Assembly (NCBI RefSeq): GCF_054482525.1
Contig: NZ_CM137006.1
Length of the DNA: 64,000 nt
Direction: 5' to 3' (one strand)
Below are positions 1 to 13,625 of the stretch, piece by piece (position 1 is the stretch's first letter; each line of letters begins with the position of its first letter). The notes under the pieces were generated by a model. That model made no database searches. It worked only from the letters and a program-made list of their open reading frames with translations, and was not told the origin of the DNA. The translations under genes and the position numbers were made by a program.

Positions 1-1
1 A

Positions 2-481
<480 letters not shown>

Positions 482-555
482 ACTCCAGGCAAGTTAGTTT
501 TAAAAAATGACTCACAGGGACATCACGTCCTCAATTCAACTCGGGAAGAAATGCA

Positions 556-1143
556 ATGAAAAAAAAGGTTCTGGCAATAGCTCTGGTAACGGTGTTTACC
601 GGCATGGGTGTGGCGCAGGCTGCTGACGTAACAGCTCAGGCTGTAGCGACCTGGTCGGCAACAGCCAAAAAAGACACCACCAGTAAACTGGTTGTGACGC
701 CACTCGGTAGCCTGGCGTTCCAGTATGCCGAAGGCATTAAAGGTTTTAACTCACAGAAAGGTCTATTTGACGTAGCTATCGAGGGTGACTCAACGGCTAC
801 CGCCTTTAAACTGACCTCACGTCTTATAACCAACACCTTAACCCAGTTGGATACCTCAGGTTCCACACTGAATGTGGGCGTGGATTATAACGGCGCGGCA
901 GTCGAAAAAACTGGCGATACCGTGATGATCGATACCGCCAACGGCGTACTGGGCGGCAACCTTAGCCCACTGGCTAACGGTTACAATGCCAGCAATCGTA
1001 CCACCGCACAGGATGGTTTCACTTTCTCCATCATCAGCGGCACCACCAATGGTACCACCGCAGTAACCGATTACAGCACTCTACCGGAAGGCATCTGGAG
1101 CGGCGACGTTAGCGTACAGTTCGACGCTACCTGGACCAGTTAA
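556..1143 (+). CDS. ecpA: E. coli common pilus major subunit EcpA (MatB)
   Basis: 195 aa, signal peptide [22 protein letters not shown], Thr/Ser/Gly-rich pilin-like body; first structural gene after ecpR. Confidence 0.88.
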   Translation: MKKKVLAIALVTVFTGMGVAQAADVTAQAVATWSATAKKDTTSKLVVTPLGSLAFQYAEGIKGFNSQKGLFDVAIEGDSTATAFKLTSRLITNTLTQLDTSGSTLNVGVDYNGAAVEKTGDTVMIDTANGVLGGNLSPLANGYNASNRTTAQDGFTFSIISGTTNGTTAVTDYSTLPEGIWSGDVSVQFDATWTS

Positions 1144-1199
1144 TTTCTCTGATGTACCAGCAGGGGTACCCCCCTGCTTTATTCCTGGACGGAATTGTT

Positions 1200-1868
1200 A
1201 TGAAAAAGCACCTTCTGCCTCTCACTCTGCTGTTTTCCGGAATATCTCCGGCCCAGGCGCTGGATGTCGGCGATATATCATCGTTTATGAACAGTGACAG
1301 CAGCACGCTGAGCAAAACGATCCAAAACAGTACCGACAGTGGCCGCCTCATCAATATCCGTCTCGAACGGCTCTCTTCACCGCTTGACGACGGGCAGGTT
1401 ATCGCAATGGACAAGCCGGATGAGTTGCTACTCACTCCCGCCAGCTTGCTGCTACCCGCCCAAGCCAGCGAAGTGATCCGCTTCTTCTATAAGGGACCAG
1501 CAGATGAAAAAGAGCGCTACTACCGCATTGTCTGGTTTGATCAGGCCCTCAGTGATGCGCAGCGCGATAATGCCAACCGTAGCGCTGTGGCCACTGCTTC
1601 CGCCCGCATCGGCACCATTCTGGTCGTCGCACCCCGCCAGGCGAACTACCACTTTCAGTACGCCAACGGCTCCCTGACAAATACAGGAAATGCGACGCTG
1701 CGGATCCTCGCCTACGGCCCCTGCCTGAAAGCCGCCAATGGTAAGGAGTGTAAAGAGAATTACTACCTGATGCCGGGCAAGTCGCGTCGTTTTACCCGCG
1801 TGGACACGGCGGATAACAAAGGACGGGTTGCACTTTGGCAGGGTGATAAGTTCATTCCCGTGAAATAG
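1200..1868 (+). CDS. ecpB: Periplasmic pilus chaperone EcpB
   Basis: Start trimmed to [20 protein letters not shown] signal peptide inside ORF 1152..1868; operon position; paralogous to ecpE (shared YYRI motif). Confidence 0.82.
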   Translation: MKKHLLPLTLLFSGISPAQALDVGDISSFMNSDSSTLSKTIQNSTDSGRLINIRLERLSSPLDDGQVIAMDKPDELLLTPASLLLPAQASEVIRFFYKGPADEKERYYRIVWFDQALSDAQRDNANRSAVATASARIGTILVVAPRQANYHFQYANGSLTNTGNATLRILAYGPCLKAANGKECKENYYLMPGKSRRFTRVDTADNKGRVALWQGDKFIPVK

Positions 1869-1893
1869 ATAGCTGTGCAGATGGATAACGACA

Positions 1894-4419
1894 ATGCCTT
1901 TACGACGGTTCTCCCCAGGACTGAAAGCCCAGTTTGCCTTCGGCATGGTCTTTTTGTTCGTTCAGCCCGATGCCAGCGCTGCTGACATAAGTGCGCAGCA
2001 AATAGGTGGGGTGATTATTCCGCAGGCCTTCAGTCAGGCGCTTCAGGACGGCATGAGCGTCCCGCTCTATATTCATCTTGCCGGTAGCCAGGGTCGCCAG
2101 GACGATCAGCGAATCGGCAGCGCTTTTATCTGGCTGGATGATGGACAGCTACGCATCCGGAAAATACAGCTTGAAGAGAGTGAAGATAACGCCAGTGTCA
2201 GCGAACAAACTCGACAACAGCTGATGGCTCTGGCGAACGCCCCGTTCAATGAGGCCCTTACCATCCCCCTGACTGACAACGCGCAGCTGGATCTCAGCTT
2301 GCGCCAACTGCTGCTGCAGCTGGTGGTCAAGCGCGAAGCGCTGGGCACTGTACTACGCTCACGTAGCGAAGACATCGGGCAGTCCAGTGTTAACGCCCTC
2401 AGCAGTAATCTGAGCTATAACTTCGGCATCTATAACAACCAGTTGCGTAACGGCGGGAGCAACACATCCAGCTATCTGTCGCTGAATAACGTTACAGCAC
2501 TGCGCGAACATCATGTGGTGCTCGACGGCTCGCTGTATGGGATCGGTAGCGGTCAACAGGACAGTGAATTATATAAAGCGATGTATGAACGCGATTTTGC
2601 TGGTCACCGATTTGCCGGTGGAATGCTCGACACCTGGAACTTGCAGTCCTTAGGGCCGATGACCGCCATTTCAGCAGGGAAGATTTACGGCCTTTCCTGG
2701 GGAAACCAGGCCAGCTCCACCATCTTCGACAGCAGCCAGTCAGCCACGCCAGTGATCGCCTTTTTACCGGCGGCGGGCGAAGTACATCTCACCCGTGATG
2801 GGCGGCTACTAAGCGTTCAGAACTTCACCATGGGCAATCATGAAGTGGATACCCGGGGTCTACCGTACGGTATTTACGATGTGGAAGTTGAGGTGATCGT
2901 TAACGGTCGCGTGATCAGCAAACGCACTCAACGGGTCAATAAGCTGTTTAGCCGGGGGCGCGGCGTCGGTGCACCACTGGCGTGGCAGATATGGGGTGGT
3001 AGCTTTCATATGGATCGCTGGTCGGAAAACGGGAAAAAGACGCGACCAGCTAAAGAGAGTTGGCTGGCAGGTGCCTCGACCTCCGGCTCACTGAGTACGC
3101 TTAGCTGGGCGGCAACGGGATATGGATACGATAATCAGGCGGTGGGTGAAACCCGTCTGACGCTGCCGCTTGGGGGAGCGATCAACGTTAACCTGCAAAA
3201 TATGCTGGCCAGTGACAGCTCATGGAGCAACATCGCCAGCATCAGCGCCACTCTACCGGGAGGCTTTAGTTCGCTGTGGGTTAACCAGGAAAAAACCCGC
3301 ATTGGCAATCAATTGCGACGTAGCGATGCCGACAACCGTGCAATCGGCGGCACACTCAACCTGAACTCACTGTGGTCGAAGCTGGGCACATTCAGCATCA
3401 GCTACAATGATGACCGCCGTTACAACAGCCATTATTACACGGCAGATTACTATCAAAATGTCTACAGCGGTCCCTTTGGTTCGCTTGGCCTGCGGGCCGG
3501 TATTCAGCGCTATAACAACGGCGACAGCAGCGCCAATACAGGGAAATATATCGCTCTCGATCTCTCGCTACCACTGGGCAACTGGTTTAGCGCAGGGATG
3601 ACCCATCAAAACGGCTACACCATGGCAAACCTGTCAGCACGCAAACAGTTTGATGAAGGAACCATTCGCACTGTTGGTGCCAATCTGTCACGAGCCATCT
3701 CCGGCGATACCGGTGATGACAAAACCCTCAGCGGTGGGGCGTATGCACAGTTCGACGCTCGTTACGCCAGCGGAACGCTGAACGTCAATAGCGCGGCGGA
3801 CGGCTACATCAATACCAATTTGACCGCCAACGGCAGCGTCGGCTGGCAAGGTAAAAACATCGCTGCCAGCGGGCGGACCGATGGCAATGCTGGGGTGATA
3901 TTCGACACTGGCCTGGAGAACGATGGTCAGATCAGCGCCAAAATCAACGGGCGGATTTTCCCGCTTAACGGCAAGCGTAACTATCTCCCGCTCTCTCCCT
4001 ATGGAAGATATGAGGTGGAGTTACAGAACAGCAAAAACTCACTCGACAGTTACGATATCGTCAGCGGTCGCAAAAGCCATCTGACTCTCTATCCAGGCAA
4101 TGTCGCTGTCATTGAGCCAGAGGTGAAGCAGATGGTTACCGTCTCCGGTCGTATCCGTGCGGAAGACGGCACACTGCTGGCTAACGCACGGATTAACAAC
4201 CATATCGGCCGAACCCGAACCGATGAAAACGGCGAGTTTGTCATGGACGTGGACAAGAAATACCCCACTATCGATTTTCGCTACAGTGGCAATAAAACCT
4301 GCGAAGTGGCACTGGAACTCAACCAGGCGCGCGGTGCCGTCTGGGTCGGTGATGTGGTCTGCAGCGGCCTCTCATCGTGGGCGGCGGTGACGCAGACAGG
4401 AGAAGAGAATGAGAGTTAA
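1894..4419 (+). CDS. ecpC: Outer-membrane usher EcpC
   Basis: 841 aa, signal peptide, usher-like size and Gly/Ser/Tyr-rich beta-barrel composition; operon position. Confidence 0.85.
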   Translation: MPLRRFSPGLKAQFAFGMVFLFVQPDASAADISAQQIGGVIIPQAFSQALQDGMSVPLYIHLAGSQGRQDDQRIGSAFIWLDDGQLRIRKIQLEESEDNASVSEQTRQQLMALANAPFNEALTIPLTDNAQLDLSLRQLLLQLVVKREALGTVLRSRSEDIGQSSVNALSSNLSYNFGIYNNQLRNGGSNTSSYLSLNNVTALREHHVVLDGSLYGIGSGQQDSELYKAMYERDFAGHRFAGGMLDTWNLQSLGPMTAISAGKIYGLSWGNQASSTIFDSSQSATPVIAFLPAAGEVHLTRDGRLLSVQNFTMGNHEVDTRGLPYGIYDVEVEVIVNGRVISKRTQRVNKLFSRGRGVGAPLAWQIWGGSFHMDRWSENGKKTRPAKESWLAGASTSGSLSTLSWAATGYGYDNQAVGETRLTLPLGGAINVNLQNMLASDSSWSNIASISATLPGGFSSLWVNQEKTRIGNQLRRSDADNRAIGGTLNLNSLWSKLGTFSISYNDDRRYNSHYYTADYYQNVYSGPFGSLGLRAGIQRYNNGDSSANTGKYIALDLSLPLGNWFSAGMTHQNGYTMANLSARKQFDEGTIRTVGANLSRAISGDTGDDKTLSGGAYAQFDARYASGTLNVNSAADGYINTNLTANGSVGWQGKNIAASGRTDGNAGVIFDTGLENDGQISAKINGRIFPLNGKRNYLPLSPYGRYEVELQNSKNSLDSYDIVSGRKSHLTLYPGNVAVIEPEVKQMVTVSGRIRAEDGTLLANARINNHIGRTRTDENGEFVMDVDKKYPTIDFRYSGNKTCEVALELNQARGAVWVGDVVCSGLSSWAAVTQTGEENES

Positions 4420-6052
4420 CCTACTGATAGCGATGATAATCTTTGCGCTAATCTGGCCTGCAACCGCGCTCAGAGCGGCAGTGAGCAAAACAACCTGGGC
4501 GGATGCTCCGGCACGCGAGTTTGTGTTTGTCGAAAACAACTCAGACGACAACTTTTTCGTCACGCCTGGCGGGGCGCTGGATCCGCGCCTGACCGGTGCC
4601 AACCGCTGGACCGGTTTAAAATACAATGGTTCAGGAACCATCTATCAGCAAAGTCTCGGCTACATTGATAACGGTTACAACACCGGCCTTTATACCAACT
4701 GGAAGTTTGATATGTGGCTGGAAAATTCACCAGTTTCATCTCCTTTAACTGGCTTGCGCTGCATCAACTGGTACGCAGGGTGTAATATGACCACCAGTCT
4801 TATCCTGCCGCAAACCACCGACGCCAGTGGATTTTATGGCGCGACGGTGACCAGCGGCGGCGCGAAGTGGATGCACGGCATGTTGTCAGACGCGTTTTAC
4901 CAGTATCTGCAACAAATGCCCGTCGGCAGCAGCTTTACAATGACCATCAATGCCTGCCAGACCTCTGTGAACTATGACGCCAGCAGCGGCGCACGCTGTA
5001 AGGATCAGGCCTCCGGCAACTGGTATGTTCGCAACGTCACCCATACGAAAGCAGCAAATCTGCGGTTGATAAATACCCACTCGCTGGCGGAAGTATTTAT
5101 CAACAGCGACGGAGTACCGACTCTGGGCGAAGGGAACGCCGACTGCCGGACGCAAACCATCGGCAGCCGTTCAGGATTAAGTTGTAAGATGGTTAACTAT
5201 ACCCTGCAAACAAACGGACTCAGCAACACCTCAATCCATATATTCCCGGCGATCGCCAACTCGTCGTTAGCCTCGGCCGTCGGGGCGTACGATATGCAGT
5301 TCAGTCTGAATGGCAGTTCATGGAAACCGGTGAGCAATACCGCCTATTACTACACCTTCAACGAGATGAAGAGCGCAGACTCGATCTATGTTTTCTTCTC
5401 GAGCAACTTCTTTAAGCAGATGGTGAACCTCGGGATCAGCGATATCAACACCAAAGATCTATTCAACTTTCGCTTTCAGAACACCACATCACCGGAGTCT
5501 GGCTGGTATGAATTTTCTACCTCCAACACGCTGATTATCAAACCCCGTGATTTCAGCATCAGTATTATCTCCGATGAATATACTCAGACACCGTCGCGGG
5601 AGGGATATGTCGGCAGCGGCGAGTCGGCACTCGATTTCGGCTATATCGTAACCACCAGCGGTAAAACAGCTGCCGACGAAGTGCTGATCAAGGTGACCGG
5701 ACCCGCGCAGGTGATTGGCGGACGCTCCTATTGTGTCTTCAGCTCCGATGACGGTAAGGCGAAAGTACCGTTCCCGGCGACGCTTTCCTTTATTACCCGC
5801 AACGGAGCTACAAAAACCTACGATGCCGGGTGCGATGATAGCTGGCGGGATATGACCGATGCGCTGTGGCTGACTACACCGTGGACTGATATCTCTGGCG
5901 AAGTGGGGCAGATGGATAAGACCACTGTCAAATTTTCGATTCCAATGGATAACGCCATTTCGCTGCGTACGGTAGATGATAACGGCTGGTTTGGCGAAGT
6001 CAGCGCTTCAGGAGAGATTCATGTTCAGGCGACGTGGCGTAACATTAACTAA
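4409..6052 (+). CDS. ecpD: Pilus tip adhesin EcpD
   Basis: 547 aa with signal peptide; overlaps ecpC stop (translational coupling); operon position. Confidence 0.82.
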   Translation: MRVNLLIAMIIFALIWPATALRAAVSKTTWADAPAREFVFVENNSDDNFFVTPGGALDPRLTGANRWTGLKYNGSGTIYQQSLGYIDNGYNTGLYTNWKFDMWLENSPVSSPLTGLRCINWYAGCNMTTSLILPQTTDASGFYGATVTSGGAKWMHGMLSDAFYQYLQQMPVGSSFTMTINACQTSVNYDASSGARCKDQASGNWYVRNVTHTKAANLRLINTHSLAEVFINSDGVPTLGEGNADCRTQTIGSRSGLSCKMVNYTLQTNGLSNTSIHIFPAIANSSLASAVGAYDMQFSLNGSSWKPVSNTAYYYTFNEMKSADSIYVFFSSNFFKQMVNLGISDINTKDLFNFRFQNTTSPESGWYEFSTSNTLIIKPRDFSISIISDEYTQTPSREGYVGSGESALDFGYIVTTSGKTAADEVLIKVTGPAQVIGGRSYCVFSSDDGKAKVPFPATLSFITRNGATKTYDAGCDDSWRDMTDALWLTTPWTDISGEVGQMDKTTVKFSIPMDNAISLRTVDDNGWFGEVSASGEIHVQATWRNIN

Positions 6053-6731
6053 GGCCCTGCTGACAGCGGTCTGTATGCTGGCGGCACCTTTGACACAGGC
6101 GATTTCGGTCGGCAATCTGACATTTTCGCTGCCGTCCGAGACTGACTTTGTCAGCAAACGTGTAGTGAATAACAACAAAAGCGCACGGATATACCGTATT
6201 GCCATCAGTGCTATTGATAGCCCGGGCAGCAGTGAATTGCGCACCCGACCGGTGGATGGTGAACTACTTTTCGCCCCCCGCCAGCTGGCGTTGCAGGCTG
6301 GTGAGAGCGAGTATTTTAAATTTTACTATCATGGTCCACAGGATAACCGCGAGCGCTACTACCGGGTCTCATTTCGCGAGGTCCCCACTCGCAACCAGAC
6401 AAGACGCAGCCCAACCGGCGGCGAGGTCAGCACGGAGCCGGTGGTGGTGATGGATACCATTCTGGTAGTACGACCACGTCAGGTTCAGTTTAAATGGTCC
6501 TTCGACCAGGTGACAGGAACGGTAAGTAACACCGGCAACACGTGGTTTAAGCTACTGATTAAACCAGGATGTGATTCGACCGAAGAGGAAGGCGACGCCT
6601 GGTATCTACGTCCGGGAGACGTTGTTCATCAGCCTGAGTTACGTCAGCCGGGGAATCATTATCTGGTCTATAACGACAAATTCATTAAGATTAGCGATTC
6701 CTGTCCGGCTAAGCCCCCTTCGGCGGACTAA
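6021..6731 (+). CDS. ecpE: Pilus chaperone EcpE
   Basis: Start trimmed to [27 protein letters not shown] inside ORF 5976..6731; paralog of EcpB. Confidence 0.78.
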   Translation: MFRRRGVTLTKALLTAVCMLAAPLTQAISVGNLTFSLPSETDFVSKRVVNNNKSARIYRIAISAIDSPGSSELRTRPVDGELLFAPRQLALQAGESEYFKFYYHGPQDNRERYYRVSFREVPTRNQTRRSPTGGEVSTEPVVVMDTILVVRPRQVQFKWSFDQVTGTVSNTGNTWFKLLIKPGCDSTEEEGDAWYLRPGDVVHQPELRQPGNHYLVYNDKFIKISDSCPAKPPSAD

Positions 6732-7043
6732 GACTTATCCATCGGTCGAGGGAAGAACTCCACCTCAGAGACTCAAAAATCGTTTAAATAATGTGGAAGC
6801 GATCGTCAATGTCACCTGTAACGATGGGCTTTCTCATATGTACACCATAGTGTTCAGGAGACACGGAAAGGTACCAGGCAGCCTGCTAACGAGTGGTTTA
6901 TTCACGAATTAGTACGTAAAATCGGTAACGGCTGGAAATCATTCAATACTCACACTATCGAAAGTTCCCCAGCCAACCGCGGTACGTTCTTACATACGAT
7001 GTACCGCTGTTCTCTTTACGATTTAAAGCTGTACTGGTGAATT

Positions 7044-7373
7044 ATGAGCAATCTGAATCCATGCATGACGTGTGGTGCCTGTTGTGCATTTTTCCGCGTC
7101 TCTTTTTACTGGGCCGAAGCCGACGATGCTGGCGGTACCATTCCCGCCAGGCTCACGGAACAAATATCCCCTTTTCACCGATGCATGAGCGGTACCAATC
7201 AGAAAAACCCCCGATGTATTGCCCTTGCAGGAACACCGGGCAAAAATGCCTGCTGCACGATATATAAAAATCGATCGTCCACGTGCAGAGAATTCGCCAT
7301 GTCTGGTGAGAACGGAGTCGTCAATGAGGCTTGCAATCGTGCAAGAGCTAAATACGGGCTGACACCGTTATAA
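7044..7373 (+). CDS. ykgJ: Cys-rich UPF0153-family putative Fe-S/zinc protein YkgJ
   Basis: 109 aa with CxxCxxCC motif ([10 protein letters not shown]) and later CC pair; conserved position between ecp and yagU. Confidence 0.78.
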
Positions 7374-7396
7374 ATATGCAATAATTAATTGCACTG

Positions 7397-7430
7397 CCCC
7401 GCCAGCTATAATCGCGGGGCTTCGTTTTTC
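7397..7430 (+). terminator. Rho-independent terminator after ykgJ
   Basis: GC stem ccccgc...gcgggg followed by cttcgttttt. Confidence 0.5.
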
Positions 7431-7579
7431 AGGGATAACAAAACCCGAAACTTCTTCCATCTGCCAGCAACAATGCCTCTTCCTCTATAGTGTTCTCCGG
7501 ATCTACAGCATCCTGAAGTAGCGCGATGTACTCACTAGCTATCTGTTTCAGAAAGTAAAAAGCAATGTTTTTAACCTAT

Positions 7580-7612
7580 AAAAATGGCGCTGTATTTGCG
7601 CCATTTTTATTA
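7580..7612. terminator. Hairpin terminator downstream of yagU, probably bidirectional
   Basis: aaaaatggcgc-tgtatt-tgcgccattttt: perfect stem flanked by A-run and T-run. Confidence 0.5.
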
Positions 7613-7621
7613 TTCAATGCA

Positions 7622-8236
7622 TTATCTGTTTGAGCCTAAAGGGATCTCAGGGTCTGGCTCATGAGTAATTCTGTTTCGTAAATCTCTGCGAATAATTTCA
7701 ATGGACCAGAACCAGACTAAATGTCCAAAAATTTCAGAAACATTCTCATACCACGGGAGATCAAACAGAGGTGGCGTCAGTCCCATGAGAGGGAATGAAA
7801 TCATATGAACAAAAAGTTGGGCTAAAGCACCTGCCAGTAAGCCCTGCCAGAGTTTAATTTTTGGAAATACTTCAGCGACCACACAATAACCGACAGCAAA
7901 CACTATCGAAAAGATAATGTGCGTAACACCAACCCAGTTAAAGACATGCCCGGCAAAGGTATAAACAGCCGCATTGGGATCTGTCAGTCCCAACCAATCC
8001 CGAAGAAAAATGTACGGAGGATTGAGAAAGTTACGGGAGCAATCAATTTGGCCTGCAGCCCTGATTAATGATTCCGGGCCACACGCTGCATTAAACATAT
8101 CCACCGGGCTACGTGGCGGCAATGGAACTTCAGCCCCCCACTTCACAAATGCGGAAACAACGCCAGCAATCAGCCCAATGAATGCAGCAAGACCATAACG
8201 TCTGCGGTTCGGTGGAGTTTGTTCAAATATATTCAT
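7622..8236 (-). CDS. yagU: Inner-membrane protein YagU (DUF1440)
   Basis: 204 aa with several hydrophobic helices; matches remembered YagU; conserved position next to the pao operon. Confidence 0.82.
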
Positions 8237-8642
8237 ATCTACCCTGCTTGTACCATTATGTTATACACCTCTTCAGGAGTATTCATAAAACAAGACAAAT
8301 GTAAAGAACTGTATTGTTTTGTATAACAAAATAGTTTCCTAATCGCCAATGAATATAAGCACCATCATTTCTCCCTATTTTTATGTTAGAAGTGACAAAG
8401 ATTTGTAGGGTGATGCAGAGCTGACAATCACAGGTTTCCTTATCGGTTTTTGCATCGCACAACTAAAGCAATAAACGAGCTCCCGTCATCGGCGAATATG
8501 AATTAATTAGCCGGGCTCATAGCTGCATTCGCGTTTTAAGAATAATCCTCCTGCTCTCACCGACTATGCTTAACATTTAAAAAAGCATCAGCACTCTCGC
8601 AACGCTCTCTTATTTTCCCCTTTAGAATACCGGAGGCCTGGT

Positions 8643-9332
8643 ATGAGCAACCAAGGCGAATACCCCGAAGATAATCGGGTTGGGAAGCACGAGCCGCACG
8701 ATTTTAGTTTGACCCGTCGCGATCTGATTAAAGTCAGCGCCGCAACGGCGGCGACCGCCGTGGTTTATCCTCATTCTACGCTTGCAGCAAGCGTTCCGGC
8801 AGCTACACCCGCGCCCGAGATAATGCCCCTGACACTTAAGGTGAACGGCAAAACCGAGCAGTTGGACGTTGATACCCGAACCACGCTACTGGACGCTTTG
8901 CGTGAAAATCTGCATCTGATCGGTACCAAGAAAGGTTGCGATCACGGGCAGTGCGGAGCCTGTACCGTGCTGGTCAATGGTCGCAGGCTTAATGCCTGCC
9001 TGACGCTTGCAGTCATGCATCAGGGGGCAGAGATCACCACCATTGAAGGCCTGGGTTCACCAGAGAATCTTCACCCCATGCAGGCGGCCTTTATCAAGCA
9101 TGATGGCTTCCAGTGCGGCTACTGCACCTCCGGGCAAATTTGCTCATCAGTTGCGGTGCTAAAAGAGATTCAGGACGGCATTCCCAGTCACGTCACGGTC
9201 GATTTGGTTTCCCCTCCAGAAAGAACGGCCGATGAGATCCGTGAACGTATGAGCGGCAACATCTGTCGCTGTGGTGCATACGCTAACATCCTTGCCGCCA
9301 TTGAAGATGCTGCGGGGGAGATAAAATCATGA
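8643..9332 (+). CDS. paoA: Periplasmic aldehyde oxidoreductase 2Fe-2S subunit PaoA
   Basis: Tat signal ([16 protein letters not shown]), ferredoxin-type cysteine motifs ([24 protein letters not shown]). Confidence 0.9.
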   Translation: MSNQGEYPEDNRVGKHEPHDFSLTRRDLIKVSAATAATAVVYPHSTLAASVPAATPAPEIMPLTLKVNGKTEQLDVDTRTTLLDALRENLHLIGTKKGCDHGQCGACTVLVNGRRLNACLTLAVMHQGAEITTIEGLGSPENLHPMQAAFIKHDGFQCGYCTSGQICSSVAVLKEIQDGIPSHVTVDLVSPPERTADEIRERMSGNICRCGAYANILAAIEDAAGEIKS

Positions 9333-10285
9333 AGGCGTTTACCTATGAACGAGTGAACACCCCGGCCGAGGCGGCACTTAGCGCTCAGCGCGTACCCGGC
9401 GCAAAATTTATCGCTGGCGGGACCAATCTGCTGGACCTGATGAAGCTGGAAATTGAAACGCCAACCCACCTTATCGATGTGAACGGGCTCGGGCTCGATA
9501 AGATTGAAGTGATCGACGCGGGTGGGCTGCGCATCGGCGCACTGGTACGGAACACCGACCTGGCAGCTCACGAGCGCGTGCGTCGTGATTACGCGGTACT
9601 CTCCCGCGCCCTGCTCGCTGGCGCGTCTGGTCAGTTACGCAATCAGGCAACCACCGCAGGTAATCTGCTCCAGCGCACGCGCTGCCCCTATTTTTACGAC
9701 ACCAATCAGCCCTGCAATAAGCGCCTGCCCGGGAGCGGCTGCGCGGCACTTGAAGGCTTTAGCCGTCAGCACGCGGTGGTAGGCGTAAGCGAAGCCTGCA
9801 TTGCCACCCATCCGAGCGATATGGCGGTCGCAATGCGGTTGCTGGATGCGGTGGTGGAAACCATCACGCCGGAGGGAAAGACTCGCAGTATCACACTGGC
9901 TGATTTTTATCACCCTCCGGGAAAAACGCCGCACATTGAAACCGACCTGCTTCCCGGTGAGCTTATCGTTGCGGTGACGTTACCTCCGCCGCTCGGCGGA
10001 AAACATATTTACCGTAAGGTGCGCGATCGCGCCTCCTACGCCTTTGCCCTGGTATCGGTCGCAGCGATTATTCAGCCTGACGGCAGCGGGCGCGTCGCGC
10101 TGGGCGGAGTAGCACATAAGCCCTGGCGCATTGAGGCTGCGGATGCTCAGCTATCCCAGGGGGCGCAGGCCGTATATGACGCGCTGTTCGCCAGCGCCCA
10201 TCCCACCGCTGAAAACACCTTTAAACTCCTGTTGGCGAAGCGAACGCTTGCCTCCGTACTGGCTGAAGCGAGGGCACAGGCATGA
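9329..10285 (+). CDS. paoB: Aldehyde oxidoreductase FAD-binding subunit PaoB
   Basis: 318 aa, start overlaps paoA stop; FAD-binding CO-dehydrogenase-like medium subunit ([13 protein letters not shown]). Confidence 0.9.
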   Translation: MKAFTYERVNTPAEAALSAQRVPGAKFIAGGTNLLDLMKLEIETPTHLIDVNGLGLDKIEVIDAGGLRIGALVRNTDLAAHERVRRDYAVLSRALLAGASGQLRNQATTAGNLLQRTRCPYFYDTNQPCNKRLPGSGCAALEGFSRQHAVVGVSEACIATHPSDMAVAMRLLDAVVETITPEGKTRSITLADFYHPPGKTPHIETDLLPGELIVAVTLPPPLGGKHIYRKVRDRASYAFALVSVAAIIQPDGSGRVALGGVAHKPWRIEAADAQLSQGAQAVYDALFASAHPTAENTFKLLLAKRTLASVLAEARAQA

Positions 10286-12480
10286 AATTTGATAAACCCG
10301 CAGGGGAAAACCCGATCGATCAGCTGAAGGTTGTCGGTCGTCCCCATGACCGCATCGACGGACCGCTGAAAACTACCGGCACGGCACGCTACGCCTACGA
10401 ATGGTATGAAGAAGCTCCCAACGCCGCCTATGGCTATATCGTCGGTTCCGCCATTGCCAAAGGACGCCTCACCGCCCTCGATACGGACGCCGCGCAAAAA
10501 GCGCCGGGCGTACTGGCTGTCATTACCGCCAGTAACGCCGGGGCACTCGGCAAAGGCGACAAAAACACCGCCAGCCTGTTAGGCGGCCCCACTATTGAGC
10601 ACTATCATCAGGCCATTGCGCTGGTAGTGGCTGAGACCTTCGAACAGGCGCGAGCGGCGGCCTCGCTGGTGCAGGCGCACTATCGCCGTAATAAAGGAGC
10701 TTACTCCCTGGCGGACGAAAAACAGGCCGTCAGTCAGCCGCCGGAAGACACGCCCGATAAAAACGTTGGTGACTTTGACGGGGCTTTCACCTCCGCTGCG
10801 GTGAAGATTGATGCTACCTACACGACCCCGGACCAGAGCCATATGGCGATGGAGCCGCATGCCTCGATGGCCGTCTGGGATGGAAATAAGCTTACCCTCT
10901 GGACCTCAAATCAGATGATTGACTGGTGCCGCACCGATCTGGCAAAAACGCTGAAAGTGCCCGTGGAGAATGTGCGTATTATCTCCCCGTATATCGGTGG
11001 AGGGTTTGGCAGCAAGCTGTTCCTGAGAAGCGATGCGCTGCTGGCGGCCCTCGCCGCCCGTGCGGTGAAACGTCCGGTTAAAGTGATGCTCCCCCGCCCC
11101 ACTATTCCCAATAACACCACGCACCGCCCCGCCACCCTTCAGCACTTGCGTATCGGTGCCGACCAGAGCGGGAAAATCACTGCTATCTCACATGAAAGCT
11201 GGTCCGGAAACCTGCCCGGCGGCACGCCGGAAACGGCGGTACAGCAAAGCGAATTTCTTTACGCAGGGGCGAATCGTCATATCGGCCTGCGGCTCGCCAC
11301 GCTTGATTTGCCGGAAGGGAACGCCATGCGTGCGCCCGGCGAAGCCCCCGGTCTGATGGCGCTCGAAATCGCGATCGATGAACTGGCGGAAAAAGCGGGC
11401 ATCGATCCCGTCGAGTTTCGCATCCTGAATGACACTCAGGTTGACCCCGCCGACCCGACGCGCCGCTTCTCTCGCCGTCAGCTTATCGAGTGCTTGCGCA
11501 CCGGAGCGGATAAATTTGGCTGGAAGCAGCGCAACGCCACACCCGGACAGGTACGCGACGGAGAGTGGCTAGTCGGCCACGGCGTCGCGGCGGGCTTTCG
11601 CAATAATCTGCTGGAAAAATCGGGGGCTCGGGTTCACCTCGAACCAAACGGCACCGTTACCGTGGAAACGGACATGACCGACATTGGCACCGGCAGCTAC
11701 ACCATTCTGGCCCAGACGGCAGCGGAAATGCTTGGCGTACCGCTGGAGCAGGTTGCGGTTCACCTCGGCGATTCCAGTTTCCCGGTTTCTGCGGGGTCTG
11801 GTGGACAATGGGGCGCAAATACCTCCACCTCCGGCATTTACGCCGCCTGTGTGAAGCTTCGCGAAATGATTGCCTCGGCAGTCGGGTTTGATCCTGAGCA
11901 GTCGCAGTTTGCCGACGGCAAGATTACCAACGGTACCCGAAGCGCCATGCTACATGAGGCCACCGCAGGCGGCAGACTGACAGCGGAAGAGAGCATTGAA
12001 TTCGGAACACTGAGCAAGGAGTACCAGCAGTCGACCTTTGCCGGGCATTTTGTGGAGGTCGGCGTGCATAGCGCGACGGGAGAAGTTCGGGTCCGGCGTA
12101 TGCTCGCTGTGTGTGCTGCAGGACGCATCCTGAATCCGAAAACTGCACGCAGCCAGGTCATTGGCGCAATGACTATGGGCATGGGTGCGGCACTGATGGA
12201 GGAGCTGGCGGTGGATAACCGTTTGGGCTACTTCGTTAATCACGATATGGCGGGGTATGAGGTGCCGGTCCATGCGGATATCCCAAAACAGGAGGTGATT
12301 TTCCTGGATGATACCGACCCCATCTCCTCCCCGATGAAGGCCAAAGGTGTCGGTGAGCTGGGCCTGTGCGGCGTGAGCGCGGCTATCGCCAACGCGGTGT
12401 ATAACGCCACCGGTATTCGGGTACGGGATTATCCCATCACTCTGGATAAGCTGCTCCATAAACTGCCGGATGTGGTTTAA
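10282..12480 (+). CDS. paoC: Aldehyde oxidoreductase molybdopterin subunit PaoC
   Basis: 732 aa xanthine-dehydrogenase-family large subunit; start overlaps paoB stop. Confidence 0.9.
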   Translation: MKFDKPAGENPIDQLKVVGRPHDRIDGPLKTTGTARYAYEWYEEAPNAAYGYIVGSAIAKGRLTALDTDAAQKAPGVLAVITASNAGALGKGDKNTASLLGGPTIEHYHQAIALVVAETFEQARAAASLVQAHYRRNKGAYSLADEKQAVSQPPEDTPDKNVGDFDGAFTSAAVKIDATYTTPDQSHMAMEPHASMAVWDGNKLTLWTSNQMIDWCRTDLAKTLKVPVENVRIISPYIGGGFGSKLFLRSDALLAALAARAVKRPVKVMLPRPTIPNNTTHRPATLQHLRIGADQSGKITAISHESWSGNLPGGTPETAVQQSEFLYAGANRHIGLRLATLDLPEGNAMRAPGEAPGLMALEIAIDELAEKAGIDPVEFRILNDTQVDPADPTRRFSRRQLIECLRTGADKFGWKQRNATPGQVRDGEWLVGHGVAAGFRNNLLEKSGARVHLEPNGTVTVETDMTDIGTGSYTILAQTAAEMLGVPLEQVAVHLGDSSFPVSAGSGGQWGANTSTSGIYAACVKLREMIASAVGFDPEQSQFADGKITNGTRSAMLHEATAGGRLTAEESIEFGTLSKEYQQSTFAGHFVEVGVHSATGEVRVRRMLAVCAAGRILNPKTARSQVIGAMTMGMGAALMEELAVDNRLGYFVNHDMAGYEVPVHADIPKQEVIFLDDTDPISSPMKAKGVGELGLCGVSAAIANAVYNATGIRVRDYPITLDKLLHKLPDVV

Positions 12481-12489
12481 GGAGGAACA

Positions 12490-13446
12490 ATGTCATACTC
12501 GCTTTTTGACAAAGACGAGCACTGGCATAAGCCAGAGCAGGCGTTTCTCACCGATGACCACCGGACCATTCTGCGCTTCGCCGTAGAGGCGCTAATGTCC
12601 GGTAAAGGAGCGGTGCTGGTGACGCTGGTGGAGATACGCGGCGGCGCGGCGCGCCCGCTCGGGGCTCAGATGGTGGTGCGCGAAGATGGTCGTTACTGCG
12701 GTTTTGTCTCTGGCGGCTGCGTGGAGGCCGCTGCCGCTTTTGAAGCGCTGGAGATGATGGGCTCAGGCCGCGATCGCGAAATTCGCTATGGCGAAGGTTC
12801 GCCGTGGTTTGACATCGTTCTGCCCTGCGGCGGTGGGATCACGCTGACGCTCCATAAACTACGCTCGGCACAGCCTCTGCTCGCCGTGCTGAACCGCCTG
12901 GAACAGAGAAAACCGGCGGGTCTGCGCTACGATCCGCAAGCACAATCGTTGGTGTGCCTGCCCACGCAAACCCGGACGGGCTGGAATCTCAATGGCTTTG
13001 AGGTGGGGTTCAGGCCATGCGTCAGGCTGATGATTTACGGACGTTCTCTTGAGGCGCAGGCAACCGCGAGTCTTGCAGCAGCCACAGGCTATGACAGCCA
13101 TATCTTCGATCTTTTTCCGGCCTCAGCCAGCGCTCAGATCGATACCGATACGGCGGTCATTTTGCTGTGCCATGATCTCAACCGGGAGCTGCCAGTGTTG
13201 CAGGCCGCGCGAGAAGCAAAACCCTTTTATCTCGGCGCATTGGGCAGCTATCGAACCCACACTTTACGTCTGCAAAAGCTCCACGAGCTGGGATGGTCCA
13301 GGGAGGAGACAGCGCAAATCCGGGCACCCGTCGGGATATTCCCCAAAGCCCGGGATGCGCATACTCTGGCACTCTCCGTGCTGGCAGAAGTCGCCTCTGT
13401 ACGTCTCCATCAGGAGGAGGATTCATGCCTGCCCCCGTCGTCCTGA
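12490..13446 (+). CDS. paoD: Molybdenum cofactor insertion chaperone PaoD (XdhC family)
   Basis: 318 aa XdhC/CoxI-like; last gene of the pao operon. Confidence 0.85.
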   Translation: MSYSLFDKDEHWHKPEQAFLTDDHRTILRFAVEALMSGKGAVLVTLVEIRGGAARPLGAQMVVREDGRYCGFVSGGCVEAAAAFEALEMMGSGRDREIRYGEGSPWFDIVLPCGGGITLTLHKLRSAQPLLAVLNRLEQRKPAGLRYDPQAQSLVCLPTQTRTGWNLNGFEVGFRPCVRLMIYGRSLEAQATASLAAATGYDSHIFDLFPASASAQIDTDTAVILLCHDLNRELPVLQAAREAKPFYLGALGSYRTHTLRLQKLHELGWSREETAQIRAPVGIFPKARDAHTLALSVLAEVASVRLHQEEDSCLPPSS

Positions 13447-13520
13447 TCCTTGCGGCCGGGCGTGGAGAGCGCTTTCTCGCCTCCGGGGGAAATACCCATA
13501 AATTAAGAGAAAAATCTGCA
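13437..13520 (+). pseudogene. N-terminal remnant of a MobA/MocA-like molybdenum cofactor nucleotidyltransferase
   Basis: Frame starting at ATG 13437 reads MPAPVVLILAAGRGERFLASGG (LAAGxGxR nucleotidyltransferase signature), then loses similarity and terminates; overlapped by 3' end of the convergent MFS gene. Confidence 0.35.
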
Positions 13521-13625
13521 GTAGCCGTTTTAGAAAATCACCTAAATCGTTTAAAAGAGCACCCAACCCATAGTGGGCGCTCATCGCCTTGTGTAACTTA
13601 TTCAGCAACGCGCGCCCTCGCCGGA

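Noticed and set aside
1452-1946. 164-aa minus-strand ORF overlapping ecpB
   Set aside because: Lies fully antisense to a well-supported pilus chaperone gene; no motifs; typical shadow ORF in GC-rich coding DNA.
6571-6912. 113-aa ORF overlapping the ecpE 3' end and downstream spacer
   Set aside because: Overlaps ecpE in another frame and extends into non-coding DNA; no recognisable features.
11950-12459. 169-aa minus-strand ORF inside paoC
   Set aside because: Antisense to the molybdopterin subunit gene; no recognisable domain.
13049-13501. Overlapping plus-strand ORFs (13049..13501 and 13293..13754) across the paoD 3' end
   Set aside because: Alternative frames of paoD and the downstream stub; only the first 25 codons from ATG 13437 carry a recognisable motif, reported separately as a remnant.
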